Shown: positions 40,259 through 53,519 of the stretch, in pieces
How the letters are laid out: each line of letters opens with the position of its first letter
How positions within the stretch are numbered: the stretch's first letter is position 1
Origin: Prorocentrum cordatum
Lineage: Eukaryota
Direction of reading: 5' to 3'
NCBI GenBank assembly: GCA_963575745.1
Contig: CAUYUJ010000123.1
Location: 1-64,000 of the forward strand
Length of the DNA: 64,000 nucleotides
Translations under genes and position numbers: made by a program
Notes under the pieces: generated by a model
Seen by the model: only the letters and a program-made list of their open reading frames with translations
What the model was told of the DNA's origin: nothing
Database searches by the model: none

Positions 40259-41402
40259 AATAACACCTGCCTGTTGAAGACCATCTGGCCGAACAGCTGT
40301 TGAAGAACCTGCTGGAGACATCCATCAAGCTGCTGTGGACAACCACCCGGCGGCCGAATTGCACCTGGATGTGGACGCGCATGATCTGAAACATGGAACG
40401 CACGTGGCTGTCGAAACCGACCATCTGGCCGAAGGAGCATACCAAATTGTGGAAGCGCGCCGGACCGATGAACTGCGCCGTCAGGCTGCTGTTGAAGGAC
40501 ACCATCTGGCTGAATCAGGGCGGCTGGCTATTGTAGAACACCAGGCTGCAGAAGATACCGCTGGAGACCCCCATCTGGCGGCTGTGGACCACCACCTGGC
40601 GGCCGAAGACCAGTTGGCTGTGGAAGCGCACGGCATGGAAGTTGAAGGGCACCCAGCTGCAAAAGACGGCCACCTGTTCCTCCACCACCTCCAGAATTCT
40701 GTTTGATCCTCGATGAGAGGGGGCAGCAGAACCTCCGCAGAGCTTCCGCTGCCCTCATATCTGGGTTTGCTAGAAGTGCCCCGGGCCCAAGGTGTCCCCA
40801 GAGTTTCGCTCCATGTTGGAGCCCCTGGGGCCCCCTGGGCCTCGTGAGGGGTGCCCTGGAGGCCGTTGGGGCCTCCTTGAAAATCCTGGGGGCACCTCGG
40901 GCCAGGGGCACGTGACCACCAGGCTGTTGAGCACCATCTGTCTGCTGAAGAGCTCGCGCTGGGCCACCCATCGGCCGACCATGTGGCTGTTGGCAGACAC
41001 GGCCAGGATGATGGAACGCACCTGGCCGCAGAGAAGCAGTGGGCGGTAAAGCAGCGAACGGCAATGAACACAGATCTGGCTGCCGAACCTCCCCCGACTG
41101 TGACGCATCTGGCTGCCGACACCAGCCATCCATCAGTAAGCGCTCGGGTATCGAGCGTACTTCAGGTGGATGGCCAAATGTTCCAGCTGCTGGTTCACAG
41201 CGGCCTGCCGTGCACCGAGTTCCCTCTGCAACAACTCCTGCATATCAGAGCAGGTTGCCTCCACCAGGTCACGCTTCCGTCTCGGTTTGCGCCCAGTGGC
41301 CGCCAGCTCCCTCCAAAAACGACACCCTCTGGCGAAGAGTTGCGTCAGGGACGCGCAGCACGAACGTCAAGAGAGCTCTGGACGGGCAGGGTGGACGATA
41401 TA

Positions 41403-41520
41403 TCATTATTAGTATTATTATTATTATTATTAATATTATTATTATTACTAATATTATTTTTACTATTGTTATTATTATTGTTATTATTATTATTATTAGT
41501 ATTCTTCTTATTCTTCTTAT
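41403..41520. repeat. (ATT)n microsatellite
   Basis: Direct inspection. Confidence 0.9.
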
Positions 41521-41618
41521 AGCCGATGCCGAAGGGAGTTGCAGAACGAGTTGAACATGCGCAACGCACGAGCGTTGAGGCCCAGGTGGTCGTTTGCCCA
41601 CTGCTGCGCGGCAGCAGT

Positions 41619-41780
41619 TGAAGGGGAACTGGGACACACAAATAAATACACACAAATAAGAATATCCCCCATATTCTCCCATATTTTCTGGGTTTTTGTC
41701 TTCCCCCCCACTTCCCATATTTTCCCATATTTTCTGGGAATCGCCGATTAATCGTGTCTGTGTGTTTTTTCCCCTCCTGA
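41619..41780 (+). mobile_element. Family A copy 4
   Basis: TSD gcagt/gcagt. Confidence 0.85.
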
Positions 41781-41954
41781 GCAGTGTTGTGGACCTCGAT
41801 TCCAGAGCCCATCGCCACGATGAGCTGGCAGAACATCTGCACACAGGCAGCCATCGTTTGCAGAGAGAATAATGGCATGGCACAGAGGCACACGACACAT
41901 TTGGGTGCGACAGACATCGAGGGTGTAACGTTTGAACTTCGGAAAACCAACGGA

Positions 41955-41990
41955 TTGAACCAAAATGGCTTGAGCCAAATTGGCTACGGA
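41955..41990 (-). other. Dinoflagellate spliced leader (DinoSL) plus a truncated relic copy
   Basis: The - strand reads TCCGTAGCCAATTTGGCTCAAG, a 21/22 match to DCCGTAGCCATTTTGGCTCAAG, followed directly by CCATTTTGGTTCAA. Confidence 0.85.
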
Positions 41991-44399
41991 AACGGAGGAG
42001 GGGGAGGAGGAGATGAGCACGGGGACGAGGAGGAGGAGGACGAGGAGGAGCAGGAGCAGGAGGAAGAGGAGGTGCCCTCCAAAATCCTGCTCGTGTTGCA
42101 GCAGCCTCTCGTCGCTCAGCGGCTTCCCGTAGGGGCTGTGTTGCAAAGCACGAGCCATCAATGACCTCCGCACAACCATTTCCGTTTCCCTGTGCAGCCG
42201 CCGACGGCAATAGCCAAGATGTGCACATTCGGGCGACGGCATGCTGCAGAAGCGGCATGACCAACAGCAGCAACAACCGCAGCAACAACAGGAGCAACAT
42301 CAATAAGAACACGAACAACAACGACAACAACAATCAGTTTAAGGCTGTTTGCTCTTACCTGCTCGCGTGCCATTCAACACGTATGCCCCAATCCCTGGAT
42401 ACCCGCCTTCTTCGTCTTCTATCGTACTCCCTTAGGGGTATATCGTTCCTACCTGCACCATGTATTTCGTGCAGCCCCTGAGGCAGGGGAAGAGAGGACG
42501 GATGGAAGGAAGGGACAAAGGGCAGGCGGGTTGCTGAAGCGTGCGTCCCGCATGAATCGCGAGGAGGTCCCGAACGGTAGCGCGATGTCCAAATACATCG
42601 CGGGAACCGCTGTTGTAAACTGGGAGCCAGGGGCACAGTTTGGTGACACCTCACGCTCCCTTGTATCAGAACAAAGGGTGCGAGCCCCTGGAAACTGCTC
42701 CACTTGAAAACTTGCATTTGTTACCTGAGGAGGGATCGACAATCTTTATTTTTTACCCAAACTGGAATTCGACAACAGCAACAAGAACACCAACGCAAAC
42801 ACCAAAACACCAAAACACCAACACCTACACCAACAACAGCACCACCGCCACCAACAACAACAACAAGGCAGCCGCATGTATGCCACACAGGGGGCGCTTG
42901 CGGATACGCGGAAACAGCGCCTGCTGCACACAGATCACGCGCGTGCGCGAACCACTGGGGGCGCACGCGCCACCTAGCCTCCTTCTCCTTTTGTTCCCGC
43001 TCTCTGTTTCCCTCTCTCTCTATCTCGCCCTTCATCTCCCATGCGTCTGCTTGTGTTCCTGCTCCCGCTCATGACTACGATCCTGCTCCGCCCTCTGCTC
43101 TCGCACTCCTGGCTCTTGGCCCTGACGCTGCTGCCCCATCCCTTTCCCCCATAATTACCAATGCGGCCACTCTTCGGGTAAGAAGGAAGTTGGGGGGAGG
43201 AAGGAGACCCACCGACAACAACTGCGATGATTATGATGGCGATGAGATGGCGACATTGCGCGATGACACTGATGGTGAGAATGAATAATGGTGACTGTAA
43301 TGGAGGCGACACGGCCGCCATGGAACTCACACCACATGAATGCGACCTCGCGATCGACTCCAATCGATTGATTTCGCTACCGGTTACATCACCGATCTCA
43401 ATACAGATCCCAGTATCGATCGCACTATACGGACGGGGTGGGGAGGGCGAAAAGGGGACAGACGTTAAAGGGAAGTTTGACGCGAGTCCGAAGCCGGGTT
43501 TGGGCGGCACGTGATCGTTGCACGCGCGCGGGGGGGAGGGGGCTCGCGACGAGCAAAATCGGCAGCGCCCAAATTAATTGACGGGCGCGCATCCGAAACG
43601 ACGAAACGGGCAACCCAAACCCGAACGATGTTTGGCCGCCAACTTTGGCGATGGAAATAAGGCCACCCCGAGGCAAACGCCTTCCGATAAGCCGAAGGCC
43701 ACCCCGCCCCCCATAAAACTTCCGAACGAGTGGTTGTCAAGTTGTTTGGCCTTGCGTTTGGCGATGATTGCGACCGACTGCTCAAGGCGAGTTGGGCCCA
43801 CCTGGGCCCGCAAGACAACTAGCCACCTAGGCCCGCCTGGGCCGCGACAAACTGGTGGGGGGGCGCCTGGGCCCGCTCGGGCCCGACAAGAATTCGTCAA
43901 CAGCCGATAGAAACCTGCGTGAAATTAGACACGAATTGCGGCGCGGCCCCTACAGTCGGGTCGTTGACCTAAGGAGCCCCAAAGAAGGAACGAGGCCCCT
44001 GTTTCCCATCAGTTAAAGTTTGATTTCCCATCGAATACCTAAGGGAAACCTAAGGCAAGCAGTGAAACAATCAAGGAACACGGAGCCCCTCCCCAACGAA
44101 AAGGGTTCCTTCTTCAGCGCCCCGACTGTACTTTACGCGGTGGGCCGCGAGGAATCGGGCGGTCGTGGGGCAGGGGGGGCGCGGCGGGCGGACGTTGCAA
44201 GCAGCGCGCAGTTCGACCCGGGCGACTTTAGAGCGGCGCCGCCCTGAGGCAAGCTCGGGGCCCACACGAGACCGCACAAAGCCTCGACGGCGCACCGTTG
44301 CCGGGGGGGACGCCCAGACGGGCGCCCGCGGGCCCGCTCACTCCAGCAGGAAGCGCGACCAAAGCCGCAGCGTTTGGAGCACTGCCCCGCCCCACCTGG

Positions 44400-44693
44400 T
44401 CCTCCTCCTCCTCCTCCTGCTCCTCCTCCTCCTCCTCCTCCTCCTCACTCTCCTCCTCCTCCTCCTCCTCCTCCTCCTCCTCCTCCCTCCTCCTCCTCCT
44501 CCTCCTCCTCCTCCTCCTCCTCCTCCTCCTCCTCCTCCTCCTCCTCCTCCTCCTCCTCCTCCTCCTCCTCCTCCTCCTCCTCCTCCTCCTCCTCCTCCTC
44601 CTCCTCCTCCTCCTCCTCCTCCTCCTCCTCCTCCTCCTCCTCCTCCTCCTCCTCCTCCTCCTCCTCCTCCTCCTCCTCCTCCTCCTCCTCCTC
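44400..44693. repeat. (CCT)n microsatellite
   Basis: Direct inspection. Confidence 0.95.
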
Positions 44694-45936
44694 CCCGCGC
44701 GGGCGCGATCATGTCTGTTTTGTCGACGTGCCTAATTCCATCCCGCGGGGAAGCACATGCGACGTGGCGCAAGCCAGCCGAGCTGCGTCTGGGCAGCGCG
44801 CTCGCCATGTACTACAACCATGCGCGACATCCCTCGGGCGTCCACTCTCGCGCCGACCGCACGCCGCATGCACGCCAAGGTCACGCCGACCCCTCAGGGG
44901 GGCCACTAGGCTCCTCTAGCGGCCTTCACACTGAGGAGCACCGCACTTCTGTGTGTTGAGCTCCGCGCCCGGCTCCTCCTGACTGCCACCAGCAGAGCCG
45001 AGCACCGCCACGGAGGGAAGTACGGCCGCCCCGAAAAAAAAAGCGCAGCCTCGGCGGTGCGCCGGGGGGGGGAAGCGAGGAGGGGCGGGACTGCTCGGAA
45101 GGCCCGGAAGTACCCCGGCCTTCTGAGCAGCCTTCGAAGCCTTCCCCGAAGACGCAGAAGACTTCTCAGAGGGCGCGAGGGCTTCTGAGAGGTCCCGCCG
45201 CCTGCTGAGAGGGCCTTCTCCTTCTCACCTCCTCCCTCGTGCGCGCAGCTGGGGGGGGGACGACGGAGTGGTGCCAGTTTCTGACTGGGGCGCCCGGTCG
45301 GGGTTGCCGCATCAGCGAAGTCATCCACTCACGAATGAAAAGACAAGATCACGGCGCATCTCGGCCCAACCATCTTCCTGCGACAACGGCTGCCTGCATG
45401 GCTTGTAGCCGAAGAGAAGCCTTGGCCCCTCTGACACACCTAGCCATCAATACTACGTACCAGCAGTGTGGTGAGACAGACCACACACGAAACCCTGCCG
45501 TACGACAGAAAGTGCCTTCTGGCCACGGGCATGTTGGCACAGCCGTCGTATCTTACAGTGTGACGGGCAATGTGGTGAGGCTCCGTGATAACATGCCATC
45601 CGACTTATCGTTCTTTCTGGCCGCAGCAGAGTCAGCGCGCAGTCAACGACTTCGCAAACCTTTCTGCTGACTCCTATCGCGAATCGTCTCGCTTGGGAGA
45701 CTCGCCATCTCGCGAAGACAACCGAATAGCCATAACGGTGCGCATGCAACTGCCCTGCAACGAAGAACGCTCTGAGATTTCGCCCATGCGCTCCATGATG
45801 CCACCGTCCCTGGACGCCAGGCCGCCGACCACTCTTTTGCACTTCTCGCGCTTCGATCTACCTGGCCTCAACCCGCGAACCGCGTCATGCACGCAACAGG
45901 TGGCAGAACTGGCACGCATCCCTCTCGGGGCAGACG

Positions 45937-46121
45937 TCGGCTGCACGTAAGAGTGACCCTGGGCAAGAGTGACCTTTGGTGCGCGGCCTTTTGGGGGGCG
46001 CGAGGAGGCCAAACACAGGCGCGCAAGACGCTACTGTCGCACCGAGCGCGGCGATCGGAGGACCCCAGTGAGCGCGCACCAAAGGTCACTCCGGCGAAGG
46101 GTCACTCTTACGTGTAGTCGA
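45937..46121 (+). mobile_element. MITE tcggct...tagtcga with 5-bp TSD; second copy at about 50333-50516
   Basis: TIR cacgtaagagtgaccc..gagtgacctttggtgcgc / gcgcaccaaaggtcactc..gggtcactcttacgtg; TSD agacg/agacg. Confidence 0.8.
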
Positions 46122-46465
46122 AGACGCCCCTCCTCACAAAGCAGCGGCCAGAGGGCCCCCCCGACCGTGCGGCCCGCTCGGGGCCCACGAGCGCGCCGCC
46201 GCCCTGGCCGCAGCCCCGCCGGGCTCGCCCGCTGCAGCCCCGCTGCCGGAGCTCCCCGCCCTCCTGCGGCGGCGGCGGCGCCGCCGCCCCCCCCCCGAGG
46301 CCGCGCGCAGCCGCTGCGCCCTGCTGCCGTCGCAGTCGCTGCGCGCCCTCGAGAGCGCCGCCGCCGCCCGCGCTGGCGCCGCCCCGCGCTGGAGGCCGCG
46401 CGCTGGCGGCCGCGGCCCTCGCCGGCGCGCGGCGCCTCTTAGCCGCCCCCAGGGCAGGAGGTGCA

Positions 46466-46786
46466 CTGGCCATCGCTCGGACGTCCATTCCCTGTTTTTT
46501 TTTCGGTTTCGTGCGTGGCTTTTTCGCCAAACTTCGGGAGCGCCAAGAGGGGGGTGTCCAAGAGGGGGGGGTGCAAATCATGACCGGCGGCATGTGCGCG
46601 GCCCCGCGGGGGGGCCAGGGACGTAATGAAATAAGGAGAGGCGCCATGAGATGCTGGGAGATATCATGGCCCCCGCCATGATATCCCCCCCCCTAGTCAT
46701 CACCCCTCTCTTTTCCGCCCCCGACAAGGATGCTCCTCGATGGTCCTCGCCGAGGAAAAAAACGCACACGTCCGAGCGATGCCAAG
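46466..46786 (+). mobile_element. MITE family B copy 5, with a nested about 190-bp TIR element (about 46534-46724)
   Basis: TSD tgca/tgca; the nested insert ends tcgggagcgccaagag / ctcttttccgcccccga. Confidence 0.75.
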
Positions 46787-46901
46787 TGCAGCGGCTGCCC
46801 GCGGGGCCGCTGCCCGCCCTGGCGCGCCCTGCGCCGCCGCCGCCCCCGCCCGCAGAGGGGCCCTCCGCGGGGGGGGCCTATGCGCCGCGTGGGGACGAGG
46901 T

Positions 46902-47032
46902 TGATGGGCTTGTTTTCCACCACCACCACCACCACCATAAGTAGGAGGAAGAGGAGGAGGAGGAGGAGGAGGAGGAGGAGGACCCCCTCCCCCTCCAACT
47001 TATGGTGGTGGTGGTGGAAAACAAGCCCATCA
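46902..47032. mobile_element. MITE TGATGGG...CCCATCA with 5-bp TSD and (GGA)n core
   Basis: Near-perfect about 35-bp TIR; TSD gaggt/gaggt; a partial relative lies at about 53136-53180. Confidence 0.85.
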
Positions 47033-47147
47033 GAGGTCCCGGCCCCGGGCATCCGGCAGCCCGTGCCGGGCCGAGAGGCGCCGCGCGCCCGGCCTAGGGC
47101 CGACGGGGGCCGCGGCGGGGTCCGTGGGCCTTGGGTGATTCGTGCGC

Positions 47148-47310
47148 TGAAGGGGCCCAAGGACACACCAATAGATACACACAGATAAAGCTACTCCTCC
47201 TATTTTCTTATATTTTCTGGGTTTCTGTCTTCCCCCCCGCTTCCCAGATTTTCCCATATTTTCTGGGGAGTCGACGATTAATTGTGTCTGTGTGCTTCTT
47301 TTCCTCATGA
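47148..47310 (+). mobile_element. Family A copy 5
   Basis: Degenerate TSD tgcgc/tacac. Confidence 0.8.
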
Positions 47311-48213
47311 TACACGTCGTTCCTTTCTGATCGTGCTCGTTTCTCATTGGGCTCGTTTTCTAGCTGCTCGTGGCCCCCTTATAGAGCGGCCAGGCAGAGG
47401 CCCAGGACAGAACAAGCAGAGATGAAAGGATCTTTTGGCCCCCCAGACAATCAGAGACCTTGCGAAGAGTCAGACATGAACCGTGTGTATGCGCTTCGAG
47501 CGGCTCTCGGCAAGCCGAGACGGCGGCGTGAGCCAAGAGGGCAACGGGTGGAGGCCAGCGGGGGGGGGGGAGGGGGCGGAGGGGCGGGAGGGGAGGAGGA
47601 GGAGGAGGAGGAGGAGGAGGAGGAGGAGGAGGAGGAGGAGGAGGAGGAGGAGAGGAGGAGGAGGAGGAGGGGCGGGGGGGGGGGGGCAGCCGCCGTGCCC
47701 CGCCCCGCGGCGCCCCGAGGCCTCCACCAAAAGGGCTGCTCGGCAGCGAGCGCTCGGCAGCCGGACCCATCGGACGGCCGAGGACGAGGAGGAGGACGAG
47801 TGCTGAGTCCCGGATGGCTCCTGGGCGAGCTGACATTGGGGGGGGGGGGGGCACACAGGTGGGGGTGGGGCAAGGATGGGGCTGGAGGCCAGGGGAGCCA
47901 GCAGACGGCCGAGGACGAGGAGGAGGACGAGTTCTGATTCCCGGATGGCTCCTGGGCGAGCTGAGATGGGCAGGGGGCACAAAGGTGGGCGCCCGAATTA
48001 TCGGGGGTAACTCGGGCCCAGGGTAACTCGGGTTCGGATTCCCGAAAAACGAGCCCGAGTTAGCCCTGACCCGAGTTACCCCTGCTGATTCGGGGCTCTG
48101 GACGCCCGAATTATCCGGGATAACTCGGGCCCGGGGTAAGTCGGGTTCGGAATCCCGAAAAACGAGCCCGAATTAGCCCTGACCCGAGTTGCCCCGGATG
48201 ATTCGGGGCTCTG

Positions 48214-49270
48214 AACAAAGGTGGGGGTGGGGCAAGGATGGGGCTGGAGGGAGAATCGCTCCAAACGGCCCCTGGAAGAAGGAAGCGCGTGACTCGGGAG
48301 CACCCAGCTGGGCCCGTTCCCCAGCCCCACCTTGGCATAAACCCTCCCTCTACTTGCGAAGCCCCGACGAGGATGAGGAGGACGAATTCTGATTCCCCGA
48401 CAGCTCCTGGGAGAGCTGAGATGGGGGGGGGCACAAAGGTGGGGTTTGGGCAAAGACGGGGTTGGAGGGAGAATCGCTCCAAACGGCCCCTGGAAGAAGG
48501 AAGCGCGTGACTCGGGAGCATCCAGCTGGGCCCGTTCCCCAGCCCCACCTTGGGATAAAACTCCCTCTACTTGCGAAGCCCCGACGAGGATGAGGAGGAC
48601 GAATTCTGATTCCCCGACAGCTCCTGGGAGAGCTGAGATGGGGGGGGCACAAAGGTGGGGTTTGGGCAAAGACGGGGTTGGAGGGAGAATCGCTCCAGAC
48701 GGCCCCTGGAAGAAGGAAGCGCGTGACTCGGGAGCATCCAGCTGGGCCCGTTCCCCAGCCCCACCTTGGGATAACCCTCCCTCTACTTGCGAAGCCCCGA
48801 CGAGGATGAGGAGGACGAATTCTGATTCCCCGACAGCTCCTGGGAGAGCTGAGATGGGGGGGGCACAAAGGTGGGGTTTGGGCAAAGACGGGGTTGGAGG
48901 GAGAATCGCTCCAAACGGCCCCTGGCCCCTGGAAGAAGGAAGCGCGTGACTCGGGAGCATCCAGCTGGGCCCGTTCCCCAGACCCACCTTGGGATAACCC
49001 TCCCTCTACTTGCGAAGCCCCGACGAGGATGAGGAGGACGAATTCTGATTCCCCGACAGCTCCTGGGAGAGCTGAGATGGGGGGGGGCACAAAGGTGGGG
49101 TTTGGGCAAAGACGGGGTTGGAGGGAGAATCGCTCCAAACGGCCCCTGGAAGAAGGAAACGCGTCACCCGGGAGCATCCAGCTGGGCCCGTTCCCCAGCC
49201 CCACCTTGGGATAACCCTCCCTCTGCGAAGCCCCGACGAGGATGAAGAGGAGGACGAATTCTGAATCCCG
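48214..49270. repeat. About 217-bp tandem repeat, about 5 copies
   Basis: gacgaggatgaggaggacgaattctga recurs at about 48367, 48583, 48799, 49022 and 49235. Confidence 0.9.
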
Positions 49271-50683
49271 GATACCTCCTTGGAGAGCTAAGAGTTTCAG
49301 ATTCAGAAGCCGGAGCCGCAATGTAGCCCCAAAGCTGGTTCCGGCTTGCGGCAGGACACCTCGGTGCGCCTTGCCTGAGATTGCAATATGTCCCGAGAGA
49401 CCTTTTTCTCAGTGTTGCCCAATATGTCTGCCCAGAAGCTATCTAGAAGGTCTGTCAGAAGCTCTTTCCAGGTCCTTCGGGAGCTCTTTCCCCGTGCTTC
49501 CAAGCTCCTTCCACAGGCCTTCGCACGCGTCTCTGGTGCCCTGGTATCTGTGTTTTGGATCCCACAACTTCAACTACGCGCAGGGGCCCTGCTCTAGACA
49601 GACCGCTTACACACCACATCAGCTACGATCAAGAAGAGCCGTGCCAGACTGTGGTGGCAGGTCCCGGTGCAGTCGGGACAACACCTCCTTCCCGCTCTCC
49701 GAGGGGCATGGCCCTCGGGCGGGATCTCCACAAACTCCTGGATGAGGAGGAGGAGGGCCAGCGTTATCCCAGAACGCATCAACGATGCGCAAACTTTGAA
49801 AGACGGAGATGCGCGGCGCTACGGCGAGAACCACATTTTGACCCTCCCCCGCCCCCCATCCGTGAAACCTTCGCAGAATTTTGAAACGAATGTGCGCGAC
49901 GCGAAGGCGAGAACAACATTTTGAAAACGACCCTCCCTCCACCAATAAAACTGTTGCAAATCATAAGTTTCAGGATCGTGAGTGGTGAGGAAGTCTGAAA
50001 CCAAACGCGTGGCCCGCCCTATCACCACGTGCCAAGGGGTGCGACAAGGGACCGCGCCCAAGGAGCACGGAATGGAGCGCGGGCAGCCGGAGAAGACCGG
50101 GGCGGCGGCGGCGGCGATGACGACGCGCGGCCATACCCGACCAAGCTCTGGGGAAACCAAAAGGTACCGATACCGCTACTCCCCAGACCTCTCCTGGGGC
50201 GCGCTCTGACCAGCATTCCGAGGCGAATCCGACGGTGGCGACGAGGGCCTCCGAGGAGGCCCGAAGAGGGGCCAACGAGGAACGGGCAGAGGTATGGGTA
50301 CCTTTTCCTCCCTTGAAGCTCTCCCCCTTCCCTCGGCTACACGCAAGAGTGACCCTGTGTAAGAGTGACCTTTGGTGCGCGGCTTTCTGGGGGCCTGGGG
50401 GGACCAAACCTAGGCGCGCAAGCAACTGCTACCGCTTCGTTTTCAGCCATCTGAGGGCCCATCCGTGCCCGCACCAAAGGTCACTCCGGCGAAAGGCCAC
50501 TCTTAGGTCTAGTCGACCCTCCCCCGGGACTGCATGGTGCCCCGGCGCCGGCGTTCCCTCCAGCGGCGGGCGCACCTCTGCAGCATCCGGATGGCCTGAG
50601 GGGCAAAAGGGGCGCGGGCGAGGCTCGTCCTCCTCCTCTCCCCCCAGGTTCGTCTTCTCGACACACTCCTCAACACATTTTCG

Positions 50684-50934
50684 CCTCCTCCTCCTCCTCC
50701 TCCTCCTCCTCCTCCTCCTCCTCCCTCTCCGCCTTCTTCCTCCCTCCCCCCCTCCTCCTCCTCCTCCTCCTCCTCCTCCTCCTCCTCCTCCTCCTCCTCC
50801 TCCTCCACCTCCGCCTTTTTCTTCTCCTTTTCCTTCTTCTTCTTCTTCTCCTCCTCCTCCTCCTCCACCTCCTTCTTTTCATGATCCTTTTCCTTCTTCT
50901 CCTCCTCTTCCTCTCCTGTTTCCCCTCCTCCTCC

Positions 50935-50966
<32 letters not shown>

Positions 50967-51059
50967 CTCCTCCTCCTGCTTGTCCTCCTCCTCCTGCTGC
51001 TCCTCTCTCCTCCTTCGCCTCCTCACCCTCCTCCTCCTCCTCCTCCTCCGCCTCCTCCA

Positions 51060-51092
<33 letters not shown>

Positions 51093-51538
51093 TCATCATC
51101 ATCATCATCCTCATCATCATCCTCATCCTCATCATCCTCATCCTCATCCTCATCCTCATCCTCATCCTCATCATCTCATCCTCATCCTCATCCTCATCCT
51201 CATCCTCATCCTCATCCTCATCCTCATCCTCATCCTCATCCTCATCCTCATCCTCATCCTCATCCTCATCCTCATCCTCATCATCCTCATCCTCATCCTC
51301 ATCCTCATCCTCATCCTCATCAGCATCATCATCAGCATCATCATCATCACCACCAGCATCATCATCACCATCGTCATCACCATCATCAATTATAGCATCA
51401 CCATCATCAGCAACATCGTCACCATCACCATCACCATCACCATCACCATAACCATCATCAGCATCATCAATATCAACATCATCATCATCAACAACAACAT
51501 CAACATCACCATCATCATCATCAACATCATCATCATCC
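50684..51538. repeat. Compound (CCT)n, (CATCCT)n and (CAT)n microsatellite
   Basis: Direct inspection. Confidence 0.95.
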
Positions 51539-52015
51539 CCTTCCGATTCCTCCATCTCCTCAACACAAGAGGAGACGGAGGGAACGGAACTTTTGCCCCT
51601 CCGCATAGAAGGTGGGTGGCGCTGTCCCTTGGTTGGGCCATACCACGTTCGTACCAACATGCGCCCATCGAAAAAAAAACACCGAACGAGCTGGTCAGTG
51701 CGCGCCGGGAGTCTCTGCCACACGGATGAGATCTGCCGAGCGGAGCGGACGCGCAAGGATGTGCCACTCGTTCGTGCAAGCGCTCTCTGGCTAGAGGCCT
51801 CCCAGATGGGGTCCGAGTGGATGGGGGCCGGAGGACCGCACCGCATCGCCACTGCATCGCCGATGCATCGCCGATGCATCGGCGATGCATCGGCAACGCC
51901 GGAGACGCATCGGCGACGTCGGCGTGGGGAACATCGGGCTCCGCATCGAACCGCATCGTGGATGCATCGGCGATGCAGCGCGATCCTCCGACCCCGTCTA
52001 CTCCGACCCCATCCA

Positions 52016-52178
52016 TGAAGGGGCCCTGGGACACACAATGAATACACACAAATCACAGGATTCCCCATCTTTTCACATATTTTCTGGGTTTCTGTCTTCC
52101 CCCCCACTTCCCATATATTCCCATATTTTCCGGGGGAATCGACGATTAATTGTGTCTGTGTGTTTCTTTTCCTCCTGA
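52016..52178 (+). mobile_element. Family A copy 6
   Basis: TSD atcca/atcta; the empty homologous site is at about 28120-28137. Confidence 0.85.
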
Positions 52179-52299
52179 ATCTAGGAGGCCTCGACTGGCG
52201 AGGCTGGAAAGCACCCGATCGCCCCGAGATCCAACAGGCTGCGGTCCAGGGCAGGCACGGGCCACCTCGGCAGAGGCGGAGCCCCCTTCCCGCCCACAC

Positions 52300-52463
52300 C
52301 GAAGGGGCCCACGAGCACACAAGTAAATACGCACAGATAACAGGAATCCCCAGATATCTTCCATATTTCCTGGGTTTCTGTCTTCCCCCCCACTTCCTAT
52401 GTTTTCCCATATCTTCCTGGGAGTCGAGGATTAATTGTGTCTGTGTGTTTCTTTCCCTCCTGA
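52300..52463 (+). mobile_element. Family A copy 7
   Basis: TSD cacac/caaac. Confidence 0.8.
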
Positions 52464-52598
52464 CAAACACCACGCACGCAGCGCCCCACCTCCCCCCCCA
52501 CCAGCTGGAGCGCATGGGCAAAGTGCGCGCGGCCTCCTGCACTGGCAGGGTCCGCGCGACGCAGCACGTCGGGAGTGGCAGTGGGAGGTGCGACAAAC

Positions 52599-52800
52599 CT
52601 AAGCTTAAGTCGGGCCTGTCCCACTACAGGGGGGTTTTCGACGAAAAACAAAAAATACCCCAAACATGCTCCAAAAAGGTCAAAGCATACTCAAAAAATA
52701 GTCCCCAGACTATTTTTGGATTATTTATTATTTTGGGGGTATCTCTTATTTTTCGTCGACAGCCCCCCTGTAGGGGGACAGGCCCGACTCAAACCTAAGC
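52599..52800. mobile_element. MITE with about 40-bp TIRs
   Basis: agtcgggcctgtcccactacaggggg / ccccctgtagggggacaggcccgact; exact ends are ambiguous. Confidence 0.65.
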
Positions 52801-53519
52801 TGTATAGCGTGGAGCTTCGCCTCGGCAGCCTCCTGTTTGTCCGTGATGTGCGCGCACTTCACGTCGGCTAGAGCAGGGCCGGCGTGCGCGACCCAAGAGG
52901 CCCTGACCGAGAGTCTTCTCTCTGGCCCCGCGACGATCTCTCGAGGGGCCCCCCAAGAGAGCACCCCGAGAGGCCCCCCCGCGCGCGCAACCCGCGGAGC
53001 CTCCGACCCCCCGCGACGACCCTCGGGGGCTGCGGTGGCGGGGCCGATCGGGCCGATGGGGCCCGCGCGTGCCCCGCAGGCGTCGTTGGGACTCCGGCGG
53101 CAAGGCGGCGGCCCGGGCCGCACATCGCCGCGGGTGACGGGCCGGCTTTCCACCACCACCACCACAAGCTGGAGGGGGGGGAGGGGGTCGTCCTCCCCTC
53201 TTCTTCCTCCTCCTCCTCCTCCGCTATTCCGCTATTTGACGCGCCGTAAGGGTCACAGCCCTGAAGCGCAGCGCGGCGGCCGTCGGCCGCCGACAGAGGG
53301 GGGGAGAGGGAGGCCCGTTTCAATCCTGGACAGCGAAGGCCTGGAGGAAAGGGGAAGGGAAAAAGACGGGCCCGTTGGGCCCAACACCGGTCGGCGAAGG
53401 GCCCGAGGGGGCGAGGGCCCGCGGGGCCCTGGCCTTTGGCTCGGCGAGGGCCCACCCACCTCGGTGGGACCTAGCTGAGCTCGTCCGCGTGGTCGGGGGC
53501 GGCGGGGCCCTCAGGTCGC

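Larger units (their letters stand above)
41133..41954 (-). pseudogene. Decayed retrocopy downstream of DinoSL; possible RING-like N-terminus and coiled-coil C-terminus
   Basis: ATG at 41917 gives MSVAPKCVVCLCAMPLFSLQTMAACVQMFCQL; the end reads MQELLQRELGARQAAVNQQLEHLAIHLKYARYPSAY then stop. Split by family A and an (AAT)n tract. Confidence 0.45.

Noticed and set aside
50235..52596. 386-aa and 695-aa ORFs
   Set aside because: They are mosaics of microsatellites and MITEs.
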